Position numbers and translations under genes: made by a program. A stretch of 64,000 nucleotides of DNA from Lingula anatina. Lineage: Eukaryota; Animalia; Brachiopoda. Position 1 is the stretch's first letter; every line of letters begins with the position of its first letter. The stretch covers positions 17,298,001-17,362,000 of the forward strand of contig CM120642.1 in the NCBI GenBank assembly GCA_051362555.1. The letters run 5' to 3'. Positions 34,329 to 48,566 of this stretch are shown piece by piece. Under the pieces are notes generated by a model. It saw nothing but the letters and a program-made list of their open reading frames with translations. It was not told the origin of the DNA and searched no databases.

Positions 34329-37300
34329 GATCAAATAATCTTAAACACGATAACTTCATCTGATTCTCAGTTCTATAGCCCGAAAGTACTTTCTATCATT
34401 AAAAAAGAAAATAAATTAATAGATAAAAGAAAATCACTCGGAATATATTGAAAGGGGAGAATTGTGGGATCTTTGTCGCTATAATTTAATGTTGGACTTT
34501 ACAAACACGTGCCTTCTTACTGTCCACAATTATTTTTAAAAAATGGCGGAAATAGAAATTTGTTTTCATAGTGCACAGTGTAGTATCATTCAACAAGTCT
34601 GTCATAAATACTGCCACTTCAAGACGTTTCTCGAAATGTGTTTTTTTTTCATGGTTGTATTTTTGAGCCAGCAGCAATATGCTTCTTGTACTGATTTTGG
34701 GACTAAAGCAAAACTAATTTTCTCTCTTAAAAAAATTAACCGATTGTCTAATAGGCGTTAGAATTTATCGTGGAAAACTTGCTAAAAATTTGCTTGGAAC
34801 AAAGATGCCTTTGAAATGATCTATCCTGTTTTCGATAATTAGATAAATCAAGTTAATTACACCGCAGTGTAAATAAGAGGCTAAAACATTTAATTATTGG
34901 GCAATTAATAAGTGAAAGGGAAAGTTCCGTGTGATACTTACCAAGAGAGATATAAGACGCGATGTGTTGGTTAATAATGAACTAAATTTCCCCCCATTTA
35001 TCCACTGTAATTATAAGTAAGCAACATTATCCGATCTTATCTTTTCATAAAATCTTATGTAAATAACAACCCGCTGTTAAACAGTGCGACAATATTCAAC
35101 TGGATATTATAAAGGGATGATTACATTTCTATTGTTTCTCGTATTAATTTCGATAATCTATTGAGGATAAATAATCATTCAATATTTTAATGGGAAAACT
35201 TGAAAATCGGGCGACGTTCTCAACAAGTGAGCGCGCGCGTCCAATGCTCATAAAATAAACACGCTCGTGTGCTCTATTCAAGGCGAATCCAACGTCTATT
35301 TCCTCCTCCATCGATTCTCAGTAACTGATGAATATTATGCACCAACGATCAGGAAATAATTTAATAAATTACTTCCCCTAAGAAAAATATGGGAAAAGCA
35401 AATAAGCGCTTTCTATTAAGACATTGGCCATTGGGCTTTGATTCGAGGTCGTGAAAAGGATTAGTTACGGATGGGCTGTTGAAGTGTATCACTAACTCCG
35501 CTCTTAAAGGATTTGGCACGTCTGATTGGTTTGATAGAACAACTCAAAGCTGCCAGCGGCGCGTGCGCACTCGCTCCGCGGGAGACAAGTTCCCAGGCTT
35601 GGGGATTTGCGTAATTTGTTAATCCGATGAGATAATGACCTCTCGATATTGAGTATTACCGAAGTTCAAGAGGGTCATTTGTGTATGGTAAAGATAGGCA
35701 TGCAAATACAACACAAAGATAATTAAATACAATATATACATGCATTTCAATGCATATAAACTGATCATATAATGATAAAAATAGACTTTAAAATAAAATA
35801 CGACATTTTTTAATTTTCATTTTTTTCAGAATTAAAATATATACTTAACTCTGTTTCAAGGCAGAGTCAATGCAAAACCATGGAAATCGGCATATATATT
35901 CACATTTAATAATAATTTCTTAAGTCTGAAAAAATTCCCCATGCCCACTCTAGAGACATCTTTCTGTCATCTCATTTTTCCAAATAAATGAAGTAATATT
36001 TTATATTGTTTGTATCATTAAACCATTAATGTAGAGAACTGGCAAATGTATAAATGTGTCACTTAGAACCCAATGAATTATTATTATTATTATTATTATC
36101 TCATCAGGAAATCGAATCGTACGTATTTATTTAAATTTTACGAATCCGGCTAGTGAAGGAAAAATAATAGACCAGGCATTTGAAAACTATAATGTCATCA
36201 ACCATGTACCACAGGGCCCATCGTTCACACAACGTTCTACACCAATGACCACGCTGAACAACGAAAATTGATTCAATCCGATTTTCCTCCACGGCGTTTG
36301 GCTACATTTCAAGATCATGTTCTTTATCCCAGTTATTACGTGTCGGCGTCTGGTAACCTGACCACGCGGACTGTCACTTTCGCGTAAGAAGACCTTTCAA
36401 AATTGAGGCACATTATCAACTTGTTACAGTTCCGCTCATATCTGCTTTGACGCGGCGGTGTGTCTCCTTGTAATGTATATATGGGGCTTTGTCTGTTCAT
36501 AAACAGATATGGTCACTATCTTTAAAAAGTTCATAGAGGTTATCGTTCAATAAGTTTGATATGTCGCCTGAGGATCTTGGATTTTGCTGGTGGCGGTGGG
36601 GTGAGATGGGGGGGGGGGGGGTGGAGGAGGGGAGGGGGAGGTCATGGATAAAAATATTTGCTTTGCTTCGCTAGAAATTAAAGAAAAAATAGTGGACGGG
36701 TGTGATTTTGTAATATGTAAAGTGCAAGGGTTGAAATCATTCTTAGTTTTATCTCATTCCACTTGTAATAAACATATTTGGGTGGGGGGATACAAAAGGT
36801 GAGAAGAAGGTACATATACCTCCGAATGTAAGGAGCACTCTGTGCCTTGTGGATCAAATTTTGAGTTGTTCGCTATCTTGTGGGTTCGTAAAACTGAATA
36901 TACCGTTTAATAAAATCTACTTCATTTCACTTACACATTTTTGTGCGATCCGTGTATCTTAACATTTTACAAAACGGTTGGGCGATGAGAATTTATATCT
37001 TGTGTCTGTGATAATTGTGTTAGTAATACTACAAACGATGTTGTTAAGTGGGGATTTGTTATCTTAATATTATATCATGTTTACAGCAATCTGCACAGAA
37101 GCAAAGATACCCGCAATTTGTAAAGGTAGAAATCCATAACACCCTCATGTATGCTTAAAGATAATACCGGTAACAACCAACTTCTAAATATATCTCTTCA
37201 TAAACTAATGAAGTACTTGAAATACCTTTATTATTAATTCAAACGTCTCCCTTAAGCATGACCATACTTATAACTAATCACGGCGATGCTCTCTAAGTAA

Positions 37301-40300
37301 TAATAAAACAATAGCCCAGTTGGATTATCAATTTTATTGAGAGTCTATTTCAATGATATCGGCGATAATTATCCGAAAGGGAAATAAATCAAGTAATCTC
37401 ATTTCCGATCGACTTCTGGTTTAACAGAGTCAACAACGTCGCCCGCATAAAGGACAATAGCGTTAACTGTCAACCGACTTCACCTCTTGGGTAAACAACG
37501 AAGTAAACTAATAAAAACACTTACAGCGTTCGCTGTTTGTGCATCAGTTGTCGTGGCACGCGTGCTGTTGTTCAAGCTGTCTCACTAAAGATCACACTGA
37601 TTTGAACCAATATGAATATTGGTCAAACCTATTACTTTTTAGAAAAGAGCCGTCCATTTGATTCCTTAGTGACCGAAGAGGGCTCGCGTATATATATAAT
37701 TTGTATAGTAGGTTAAAACACACGGGAAAAACTTTTCTTTATTGTGTACAATCTAGATCCAACTATGGGTCCTAATACAGAAATGCACATTACAATACAA
37801 TTCACAAACAGTATGTTACACGCCACCCCGGGAATTAACTTGTACAAAGAATGAAAAAAAAAAAATTAAAATAAATAAATATTACATTTAGACTGGTTAA
37901 ATAAAACTCCCACCTGCAAATTTCCCTTTACCAGTTATTATTCTGTGGACATTTGTGCTGGGGCAGTACAGAGATTAGCCATCTATTTAACCAGAGACAT
38001 ATCTGTTAATATTTAGTGAAAAAAAAAAAAAAACAATCTGTGGCCCTGGTAGAGGGTATCTGCAAATATTGGCTAAGAATAAATGCACGGGTAGATGGCG
38101 GTCGAATTAAGATTTTACCGTGACTGGTCAACAGGGGTCAAGACCGTGAGGTCAAAACTGGACTTTCATCTGAATGACAGTTGAGTCAAAGTGCGGAAGC
38201 CCACATTCAGTTTTAGATGGCCTCACTTTCTAAAAAACAACCCAAATTCATGGATTCAATTTATTAATATAAAATACATAAGTCACAAATAATGTATCTT
38301 GTAAATTCGAATACATTCTCAAATAGCAAATAGGTCGTCTTTCTTCCATTACTTAGGCTTAAACATAGCTGAAAAATGTTCACCCCGTCTCCGTATTGGG
38401 TGCGGATGCACACGTGCATGTGAACGTAAGCGCAGGGGTTGTATTGTCCCGAACAGAACTCGAAGAAAGGGAAGTTGCAATGCACGTATAATTTATTTAT
38501 ATTTTTCTCGATCATGAAATGTGTACTTGCTGTAATTGCCAGAGCCCCTGTCGCACTATCACTTATAAGAAGAACATTTAATGTCATTCAAAGAGACACT
38601 TGACCTCAAATAGTACATCTTAATACTAGTACTGCCACTTAATAAGCTTTCTGTCAACAACCCTGGAAGGTTAAAAACACATGCCTTTTTCCCCTGGGAA
38701 AACCTTAATAGCAGCGTGCAGGCGGGGTTACGTATTGTACACACACGCGAAATCATATGCACACATGCAAACGTGAATGCTCGTGCATTCAGGAACTTAA
38801 TACAATTCCAAGTTCAGAAGAATACGGTGGTTATTGAGATATAAACCAATTGGCAATGGCAAACAATATATATACATATATGCATACCGGGATTTTTGCA
38901 CTATCTCTATAATGGTGGTTTGTGATTTCATCTCCAACACATTCTATTTAATTCTTAAATTGGTTGATATTTACATACTTACCGTAAAATAAAAGAATTG
39001 AGGAAATAAGGATCCCTTCCTGCTGGAAGAGGCACTTTGGTATATCTGAAACTATAATAGTAATTAAGTCTACAGCCGATATACATACTGTATACCAAAC
39101 ACGAGTGTCGTGATGCATGTGTGGGAATAAAAATAGACAAAAGTGTTCAAAACTAATGAAAAGAATGGATTAGTACCAGCTCGCCGGAAAATTTGACCGA
39201 CTTCTAAAGCGTAAAAAAGTGCCTCCAGCGTTTTAATCAGTGACGTCGCGTTTCCATTTCTGTAATGCCCAGTCAGTGAAATGACCCTAGCAAGCGTACC
39301 GTAAGCATTGGTCATTTTAATTCTCCGCCACTTCTTATAACAATGAAGTCTTTTCAGCGCACTGCAGTGTTTCTCACGAATCAAACAATGATCATGAACT
39401 CACACTTTCTTTCACGACCGAAACAAACAGCGAAGTCTTTCGCGGCTTGATTTTGTGTACAAAGAATTGCGCAACGTTGAGACCTTACGTCATATATACC
39501 TCACTCCGTATCAATCCTTGATAAAGTCTTTTTGAAAATTAATTTTGTTATGAAACATATTTTAACTTACCACCAGGTTAATCAATATTGAACATATTGG
39601 ACTCAAGGGAAGTGACCATTTTGGGCACATTTCCACTTATCTAATGGTAAATCAGCATTGAAAAAGACGGCAATATTCTAAACCGAAACAAATCGACGTA
39701 CACTTTGTCTTGCCTCTCTGGTTTTCGCTCAAAAACCGAGACAGCACGACTGTCGGAAAAGTAGAATTCGATTTGGATATCTCTTTTCTCTCTTTTTTTT
39801 AATTTCTGACTTTTACATGTCCTGAAGTTTTAGGTTAGTGGGGTTGGATCTGGTACACGGGCTGACAAGGACAGGTAGTCCTTTTCGGCGTGACACACAC
39901 ACACACACACACACACTCATGATGGATGAAATAAAAGACGGTGGAGCGTACATACTCTTTGCTCAGCAAGCGCCAATTGAGGAGCCTCTCGATGCTTGCT
40001 GTCAAATACAGAGATTGGTAAAAATGTGAATGTAAAGTGCAAGTGAAAATGTCCTTATGAATTGTCTCCATTGAGGACACAACCTGTGTGCACATTTCAA
40101 TTCCTTTGAAGTTGAAAGTAGTGTTGATTTCTAGCAAACCAAACCATCAGCAGTTTGTTTCGCTTGGTTTAAAATATTAAATTAATCGGCCCGCATTCGT
40201 ACTAGAGGTTTTTTCTCTCAAAATGCACAATGGGAAAGTTAAAGTAACACCTCACACAGACGACCCTCATGAATCAGGTAAGATAACTAAGATAAATCAA

Positions 40301-41111
40301 ACAATGCAGCGGCCTCTTTTCAATAGGACCAGTTAATCCTAGCCGCTAAACGGGTCATTAGCAGGCAGTAGAAGCGGATCGAAGAAGGTAAAAAGAGAAA
40401 ATAAAAACAAGACAATAGTTACGAGAGTAAATGTGCTGTGACAATCAGGGAAATGATTCCAGGTCGGTGACATTTTCATGGAGTATAAACGTCAATTGAC
40501 CTCAACTAGAACAGAGAAAAATAAGAAAACCAGTCATTTACTGTCACACAATGCCAAAGGTAAAATAGATGTCCATACTTTATTAATTTTAAATAAATAT
40601 ATACATGCTTTATATTCCATACAATATTATAATACATGTATAAATACCATGAGATATCGATCTATTTATTCACCTAATTACAATATATAATATTTATGTC
40701 TCAACACTTGTACTTAATAAGAAATATACATTATTAACAGGTATGTGTTTATACATTAACAACCAGTTAAAATACAAATGTATGATCATGGACTTATGTG
40801 GTTGACTTCAGCATACGGGTGAAGATCAGGTCCTACTTGATGATATCGGACTTGCAGAATTTGGAAAAAATGGAAAGTAATTTAAAAACCCACACGTACA
40901 CTAAACGTCTGCTTCGGTCTTTATCATTAATTAAAGGTGTTCAAGAAATGAACATGACCTTTGTAGTAATGATTAAAAGCAGACATTTATGATCATATTA
41001 GTTTAGGCCTAGTGGCCGAGGTTTGTGTTACAAAGAATAGACATTTTGGAAGGTTTTGAAATAGGGAAAAGTATAGCAATCCTTTCGCCACGGGTCATTA
41101 TAGATATTCAC

Positions 41112-41267
41112 TACCCTCTACCAGGGCCACGGATTAATCTTTCATCAGACATTCACAAATATGTCTCTGGCAAGCAAACTGTAATGAATTAGCTAGGGAG
41201 ACATCAGTGAACATCTAGTGAAAAAAAAAAAAAAAAAAAAAAAAAACTGCGGCCCTGGTAGAGGGTA
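41112..41267. mobile_element. TA/CCCTCTACCAGGGC MITE in the Gsx upstream region
   Basis: TACCCTCTACCAGGGCC ... GGCCCTGGTAGAGGGTA, same TIR as 3278-3400. Confidence 0.8.
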
Positions 41268-41626
41268 GATAATCGCCCCGATTTGCTACTAATCGGAGGC
41301 ATTATCTCATCGAATGTCGCGTGGACTGTGCAGTGCACAACGCTCAGCGCGGATCTTGGGCAATTCCTGTCATCTTGCAGATAAATCCCAATATCATTTC
41401 AAATGTGTAAATGACAAATCCTGACAGGTGGCCACGCCCCTCACATGGTAATCATGAATTAAACGGGACCAACTTTTCGATCGATGGCAACGCGAGATTG
41501 TATAGGCTGAGCCGTCAGAGCGGGCTCATTAGGAGCCGCTGTTGGTTCAATTTTCTATCTCTCCAAAGATCGATCACGGTCTGAAATGCTGATTAAACAG
41601 ACCCGCGGGTTACAAAGGATGAAGAG

Positions 41627-41634
41627 TATATAAA
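41627..41634 (+). promoter_or_regulatory. TATA box of Gsx
   Basis: TATATAAA ~140 bp upstream of the SNAG-initiating ATG. Confidence 0.65.
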
Positions 41635-41774
41635 TAGGTGCAGAATTAAGCGGAAAGTAATAAGCCGCAAATTTAGCCTAGACGAGAGGTGCTTGCGTTA
41701 CGACGCCATTCCCGGTTAAATTTGATTCGAAGTTTATTACGCAGGCCATCCACGCCTTGGCAAATACGATAAAT

Positions 41775-42234
41775 ATGTCCAAATCGTTCCTGGTGGATTC
41801 TTTGATTTTGAAGCAACCCGGCCCTAAGCAGACGGCAGTTTCGCATCCGCAGTATGGAGGGTTTACGGCCGCACACCAACATCACCAACATCGGCTGGTT
41901 GAGAGGCAGCTGTTGGATTCCTGCGGATTTCCCCAAGGTCCACCAAATATCTACGGGACGTGTTGTCCACTCTGCGTCCATCCAGCGACCGCAGCGTCTA
42001 TCACAGCGTCCATCCCACCACTGCCCGCTAGAACTACTGCTCATCATCACCACCATCGTCAATTAGTCGGACACTTGACCGCTGGTCAACCGCCACGCAA
42101 TTTACATCACGCTGTGAGGCCGGCGATGTCCTCCCCGAAGCTGTCGTCGACTCCGTCGCCGCCACGCCCAGAGGTTGCCATGGAAGAACGTTACAAACGC
42201 GTGCAAGAGGCGAAGTTTCGCTACTTACAAATGG
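41775..42234 (+). CDS. Gsx: Gsx (Gsh/ind) ParaHox homeobox protein, exon 1
   Basis: N-terminal SNAG-like MSKSFLVDSLI, CCPLC motif, His runs. Phase-1 donor G|GTAAGT at 42234/42235. Confidence 0.93.
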
Positions 42235-43246
42235 GTAAGTGGTGTTTGTGTCATTGGAAGTCTGATACCAATTATATATTTATCTACCCATCTTGTCATT
42301 AGACTTATTTAGAACAACACAGTATTACATGTATGCTGTGCTGAGTGGTAACGTTTGCAGGGGATTTCACTCGGCTCAATTCCGAATTTGTTAGAGATGA
42401 CAATTTTGTTCAAGACGAATGAAAAGAATTAAGGGTGAAAAAGTTACAAAGATCTTTTCGTTGAATAAAACAAAATAAATTAATTATAAAATGTTTTTTT
42501 TTCGTACAGGTCACCTTTTTGTTTGCCCCTGTGATTTTTCCAAGAAAATAATTTCTCTTATTAAAAAAAATCGGTGTTAACAAATGTACATTGGCTTATT
42601 TATATATTTTTTACCTGCTGATTAGGGTAAACGATAAAAATTCTTGGGCATTTTATCGGATTTGTAAGGCGAGTAAATTTTACACTGAAGAATAAAAACA
42701 GATATCAATAAAAAACGGTTATGGTGATGGAGGGAAAAAGCAGAGAAAGTTTTCCATCGGTGATATTCACAAACAACTATGATATTTTTGGCAGATAAAT
42801 TTCTTTATTAATAGAGGTATCTTGTGTTTGATAATAAAGGTTTTTCCTTTGAGTGTTGTGAAGAACATGATGATAAGGTTAATAAAGAAAATTTCGTAAA
42901 ACAGACGCCTTTTTTGCATTCATCCATGTTAAAATAATAATTGAGAAACCCACAGACTGTGAATGAATCCAGGTAATAAATGCCGGCGATTATTATGATA
43001 TGTTCCATGCGGGTTCAGACACACGCACAAATTAAACGTATCAGCTAATTTGCCAGTATTTCTGAGTCGGCACTACTTTTTACTCATATTTGCATACCAG
43101 GTGCATGGTTTTTGTTTTTTTTTTCTGAAAAATTTTAATTGGATCTCTTTTAATCGCACGAATTATTGTAACCCTGTTTCCCCTTTTTTTTAAATTTTTT
43201 TCCTCGTTTTTTTTAAATAATGGTTTTTATTTCGTAATCGTTTCAG

Positions 43247-43800
43247 ACACCAATGGCAAAGCAGACGATCTTCCCAGTAGCAAGAGGATAAGAACCGCAT
43301 TTACGAGTACACAGCTTCTGGAGCTTGAGCGCGAATTTTCTGGCAATATGTATTTGACACGTCTCCGAAGAATCGAGATAGCCACTTACCTAAATCTTTC
43401 GGAAAAACAGGTGAAAATCTGGTTTCAAAATCGACGCGTGAAACAAAAGAAAGAGATCGAGGGGACGGCGGAGACGACCGAAAAATGCCGATGCCTACGG
43501 ACGTGTCCGACGCGACAGCGAGGTGGCGAGAATGACGTCATCCATGACCACGATCACCGTAAGTTTACATGCAGTGAATCTTGCGTACAGACAAAGAGAG
43601 AAAACGAAGAAATTGAAAATCCAAACCAAGATTCCTTACAAACGAAAGAACTCGTTACCGACTGTAATTATTGTGAAGACGCCTTCACGCAAATCACCGA
43701 CAATGAAGATGAAGGTGAAAACGAAAATTTGAAAGTGACTGTTGATGTCGAAACTGACGAGCAGACAACCAATGACACCGTGAAAGCGAAACAGACATAA
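43247..43800 (+). CDS. Gsx: Gsx exon 2 (homeodomain); spliced protein 337 aa
   Basis: Acceptor tttcAG at 43245-43246. [59 protein letters not shown] is diagnostic of Gsx, followed by KCRCLRTC and an acidic tail. Confidence 0.98.
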
Positions 43801-44991
43801 TATTGACACTGGATTGTCGTGACGTCTCGCAAAGAATGTCACCAAGTTACAGTCTTTAATTCTAGACAAACTGAGAAGGTTCTCACGACATATATTGTCC
43901 AAGTTTGAAGTCGTTTGTAGACGGACTCTTTGGGAATTCATAGTTTAGATAAATGTACGTTACAGATGTGCGTGATTTTATTAATGAATATAATTTTTCT
44001 TTTCACATTTTAAATTTTAAATATGGGATATCAATCTTAGTTTAGATATATGGACGCTAACATTATTTACTGTACGTAGGGCTAGTATAGGCGATCTCGA
44101 CCTGTGATTAAATCGACAGCCAATAATGTTCACATGAAGTAACCAATATGAATACCTAAAGTAAACTTTGGTTAATTTTTCTTGTTTCCGCCTCAGTCTT
44201 AGACTAGTGCCTGTAGATGTATAGTGGTTTAGATTAAGAAAACAAAATCCTTAGTATTTGCTCCAATTTCTATTACTAAACCGTGTTATATGTAAATGTT
44301 TCACACATCATGTATTTGTTGAGAAGCATGTTTCGCTTGTTGATGTTTTTCTATGCAATAATTGAAATTAACTATGCAATTTTTCTATTAAAGGTATAAC
44401 ATCGTTCATTGCTATAATCTGCTTTTATTCATTTATTTATTTTTGCACTGTATGTGGCATGAAGCTTCTTCAAAATTGAATTTCCGCACTTTAAAGTGCA
44501 TATAATCACAGTTTTCCAGTTTGAAAAAATTAATAAGATTGAAGTCATAGTTTGCGTAGTTTACTTATTCATTCAGTACGAATCTGTTAGCAAACATTAT
44601 AAGATTTCGGGGCAATTTTCGTCGGAAAAAGCTTGAAAAGGAATACCCTGAATTTCTAAATCACCGACGTATTTTTTTTTTTTTTTTTGAGATATTGCTG
44701 AAATATTTTAAGGAGCACACAAATTTACTACACAGCGTTTTGCACGAAAAAGGTTAAGTAGATATTTGAAAAAGCGATTAAGAAGTGTCGAAAGACATAA
44801 AATGGATTGTCTTTAAAATTGATGGAGAACGCTGGGACTTCTCGGGTTGGTTGAGGGGGGGGGGGCTTTTTGGGGAGGGAAAGGAAGAGAAAAAGAAATA
44901 AAGAGGTAACATCTTTAAGTGAAACGCGTGAATGTCTACAGTCTGTGGTTTGAGCAGGGGCTTGGGTCTAACTCAGAATCTGTCATACACC

Positions 44992-45190
44992 CCATTTCCA
45001 TAGATTAGATCGACCTACTTTAGATCGACCTAACTCCCTGGGGGTTCATGCTAAATAGCTGTCAGCCGGGCGGACACGAAAGTTAATTACCTCCTAACAG
45101 CTTGTAGTAGCCGGGACAGACATTTAAGTCGGATTATCTGAAAGTAATCTAGTGAGCGGGGATAGATCGATCTAAAATCTATGGGAATAG
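44992..45190. mobile_element. Small fold-back MITE-like element
   Basis: CCATTTCCATAGATTAGATCGACC versus the reverse complement of GATCGATCTAAAATCTATGGGAATAG. Confidence 0.5.
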
Positions 45191-48100
45191 AGCCAAAGGC
45201 GTTTTTTAGAACACTTGAATACTCCTTACGAGGCTAAAATCATAACCTTTGCAGGGCTGCAGTCACCTCTCCACTCCTTAAAATACTGCGCCGCGTTATG
45301 AATTGACGATATTGTATGTGTACAAAGTAGGCCATTTTTGGGACATAATAGATGTGAATTAAAATGCACGTGCCAGTATATATTCATGCACACATTAAGG
45401 CCTGCGTAATTCATCAGTTTATTGTTATAATCAAATAAAATTACACCAGAGGTCGAACCGAATTTAAGGCTAAACCTGACTAGAATACGGGTAAACGAAT
45501 GCAGTTAGCAACATGGAAAAGGCAAATTTAAAGATGTGATTTGTAGACGCCCATGCTAAATTGAATATGCTTCCAGAAGTAATGGGGGAAAGCACTGAGG
45601 GATAACAAGAAACTGGGTTCTAGTCTTATTGAAATTGAATTGCCATGTGTTGAGCATTGAATGAATTATTAAAAAAACTTTTAGCAGGCTAAAATGGCCT
45701 TTCAATATTCAGGACTCACTCAAAAATATGCATTTCTCTATTATAAGCAATCCCTGCGTTACTGTATGATAATTTGATGTACTGGGCATGGACAAAATCC
45801 GTGAACTAAACGACGTGCTTTCCCGCGAGCAAGACGGGAGGAGCCCACTCATCCACACACCAATACCAACAATCCCATTTTTGAGATCCTATTTACGGGA
45901 CATTGCTCGCTTCAAGCAACGATTATGATGAAAGATCTCGCGCATTTTACTTGCACGAGGTGGTTTAATTGGCAACTTGACCTCAAGGGCACTGGTATTA
46001 AACGGCCGCCAAGTGCGACCCGCGCAGAGCGAGGCGTAAATAACACAGCCGAAGACAGTAGCATTTTTTTCTTAATCGGTTGATATTCGCCTTGCGTGTT
46101 ATTTGTCTATGGCTTGAAATCAAGTGGACTAATTTGCCCGTCGAGTGGTCTATTCGATGTTTTCTGTAAACAAAACCCACTTTGAATTGTCAATCCATAA
46201 TAAAAAGGTGAAAATGTATGAGTGCAGAGTTCAACAGCGTTTTCTCAACACAGGGCCACCTGCTTGAGGCCGATGATTGTGAACAGACGGATAAGCCCTT
46301 TGTTATCTAACGACGTGGTCAGTTTCAAAACGAAGGCAAATTAGAGGCCAACGAATGTTAATGTTTTTTAAATTTCCCGAACGTTACTTTTGATTCGGGT
46401 TAAACGTAGAAAAAGTTATGTCCTATATGAGTAATTGCACTTGCTTCTTTGATTAATACACAACTAGCATGCATGCCGTGTTAAAGAGGGAAGGTCTCAG
46501 CGATCACTAGTTCTTTATAATGTCCAACAGTATTAAGATCACAAATCACCGATATAATAATACCACAGAGGAACTTGTTCTATGTAACCACGTAACTCGC
46601 TACAAGTCTTAAATAAACTCATAACAAGGTAAAATTATAAAAAATGTAAGAAGGTAAAGATTATAAAAAGGTAAGAAAATAGTTACAATAACAGTTTATT
46701 GAATTTTTTGTTTATGGTAATTTGTAATAAAAGTGATAAAAGTCTTTGTGAGGTAAAAAATATGCACAATTAATGCCATTCAAATTAATTACATGCTAGC
46801 GTATGTCCACATCTCTTCCTTCAATATATATGAATTTGTGGTTAGTCAAGATAAAGAGGTCCAAACCTCACCGTTCGTCATCCGTGCTAATTGTTTTATG
46901 ATAATTGAAGTCTTGAAGACAGAGATGTTTTGTATATGTACTCGTGAACGGTGCTACTGTTATTCAGAAGCTGCACGACATGATGTTTCGGAAGAATCGT
47001 TTTAACGTTAATGAGAACTGTGCCTGAGCATTCAAGGCGACCCGCACGTGTGTTGAAATAAATCGGGTAACGCAACCCGTTCCTTTTATTCCGCACCAGG
47101 TCTTACGTTACACCCGGAACAAAACGCCATCGAGTTACGATTTAATTTTATTCCTCAATGATTTCTGTAATCTCGGACATACAAAAGAATTATCTTTTTT
47201 TCTGCATTTGATGACCTTTTTAGTACTGAAATGGCATCATCTTCGACTAGCACTGAGGACTTCATCGTGTTGCTTACGGCGCTTTTGCTAGTTGTCAAAA
47301 GTATATATGTAGGCTAGATATACATCTAGCCTAGTGTGTTATTCGAGTTATGTTACAGGCAGATTAGGTAATGTCTCCCATAGATTAGACAAATAAAAAA
47401 GAAAAATAAATGGAGTAGCAGTACCATGTCGCTTCAACAGATATATCAATAGTGATGGACATTATCTTTACGGCTTAAGATTCTGTAACTTTAATTATAT
47501 CATTTTTTTTCAAAAAGGAATGATAATACTTCTGAATTTCAAGTTTCAGCGTCGATGAGCAATACGTTTACTTATTTGAATTTATGTCAGCTGTGATATA
47601 TTGTTTCTTGAACAATGAATTATCAGAGAAATAGACACTCTTGCAACTTGTTCGTCAAGAGAGGGAGAGAGAGAGAGTTTTGGTCTGCCATAAGGCGAAA
47701 TAGCTTTTTATTGAAATACATGTGCATACTGCGATGGGATAATCACTAAAACCTTGTTAACTTAAACCTTGTTAGCGACAGTAATTTCTCCTGAATTACC
47801 CCGATAATCACATGGAAATCCCATATGTAAATATTGATAGTCATTAGCCAATTATTACCGATATTTCATGGAATTTTCATGTCATTTTGGAGAATGGAAG
47901 CGTCTGTTAGCTTCTCCTTGGGAGGCGGATCAGAGAGACTACTACGAAAAGTTTTACATTTGTAATGTAACAGAATGGCAAATATTATAGACCTCAATGC
48001 TGCTAAAACAAAACAGCATTTTGAAAGGAAAGAGTTGTGGTATGCTCGAAAATAAAGAAATATTATTTTATTGGGAATAAATATATATAATGGCATATTC

Positions 48101-48493
48101 CATGTTATTAACGTAGTTACCAGTCCAGTCACAATACAGTCTCATTTAAGTAGAAACAGAGTCTACTTTTCCCTCATTTTATCAAGAATTTATTTATCAA
48201 CTGTGGAAGTTAATGACAAAAAAAAAAAAAAAAGGGATAGCACTCTAGCTGGATTTTCGCCAAGAGAGAACTGCGCCTGCGGGGAAATTCGTATCACGTC
48301 TTATTCATCATCTTTCATAAGCATTAACAAAAACTGTTAATAGTAATCTCAAAAATTAGGTGAAATGTTATTATTAGTCGATATGTTACACGCAGAAGCT
48401 GTTGATGTTCATCAATATTCCTGATTTAAAGAAACACAAAAGTAGAATGAAATAAATGAATAAAAAAGCAAAAAGACGATTTGATTCCGTGTT

Positions 48494-48566
48494 GCTTTAC
48501 TGGAGTCAAATCACTTGCAGAGACCAGAGGAATATACATGTACAAGAGGCGGCGTAGCTGATCAAC
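48494..48566 (+). repeat. 73-bp sequence repeated exactly at 52140-52212
   Basis: GCTTTACTGGAGTCAAATCACTTGCAGAGACCAGAGGAATATACATGTACAAGAGGCGGCGTAGCTGATCAAC. Confidence 0.92.

Noticed and set aside
33225-34761. Overlapping 60-150-aa ORFs between Cdx and Gsx
   Set aside because: Low-complexity AT-rich or microsatellite translations with no recognisable domain.
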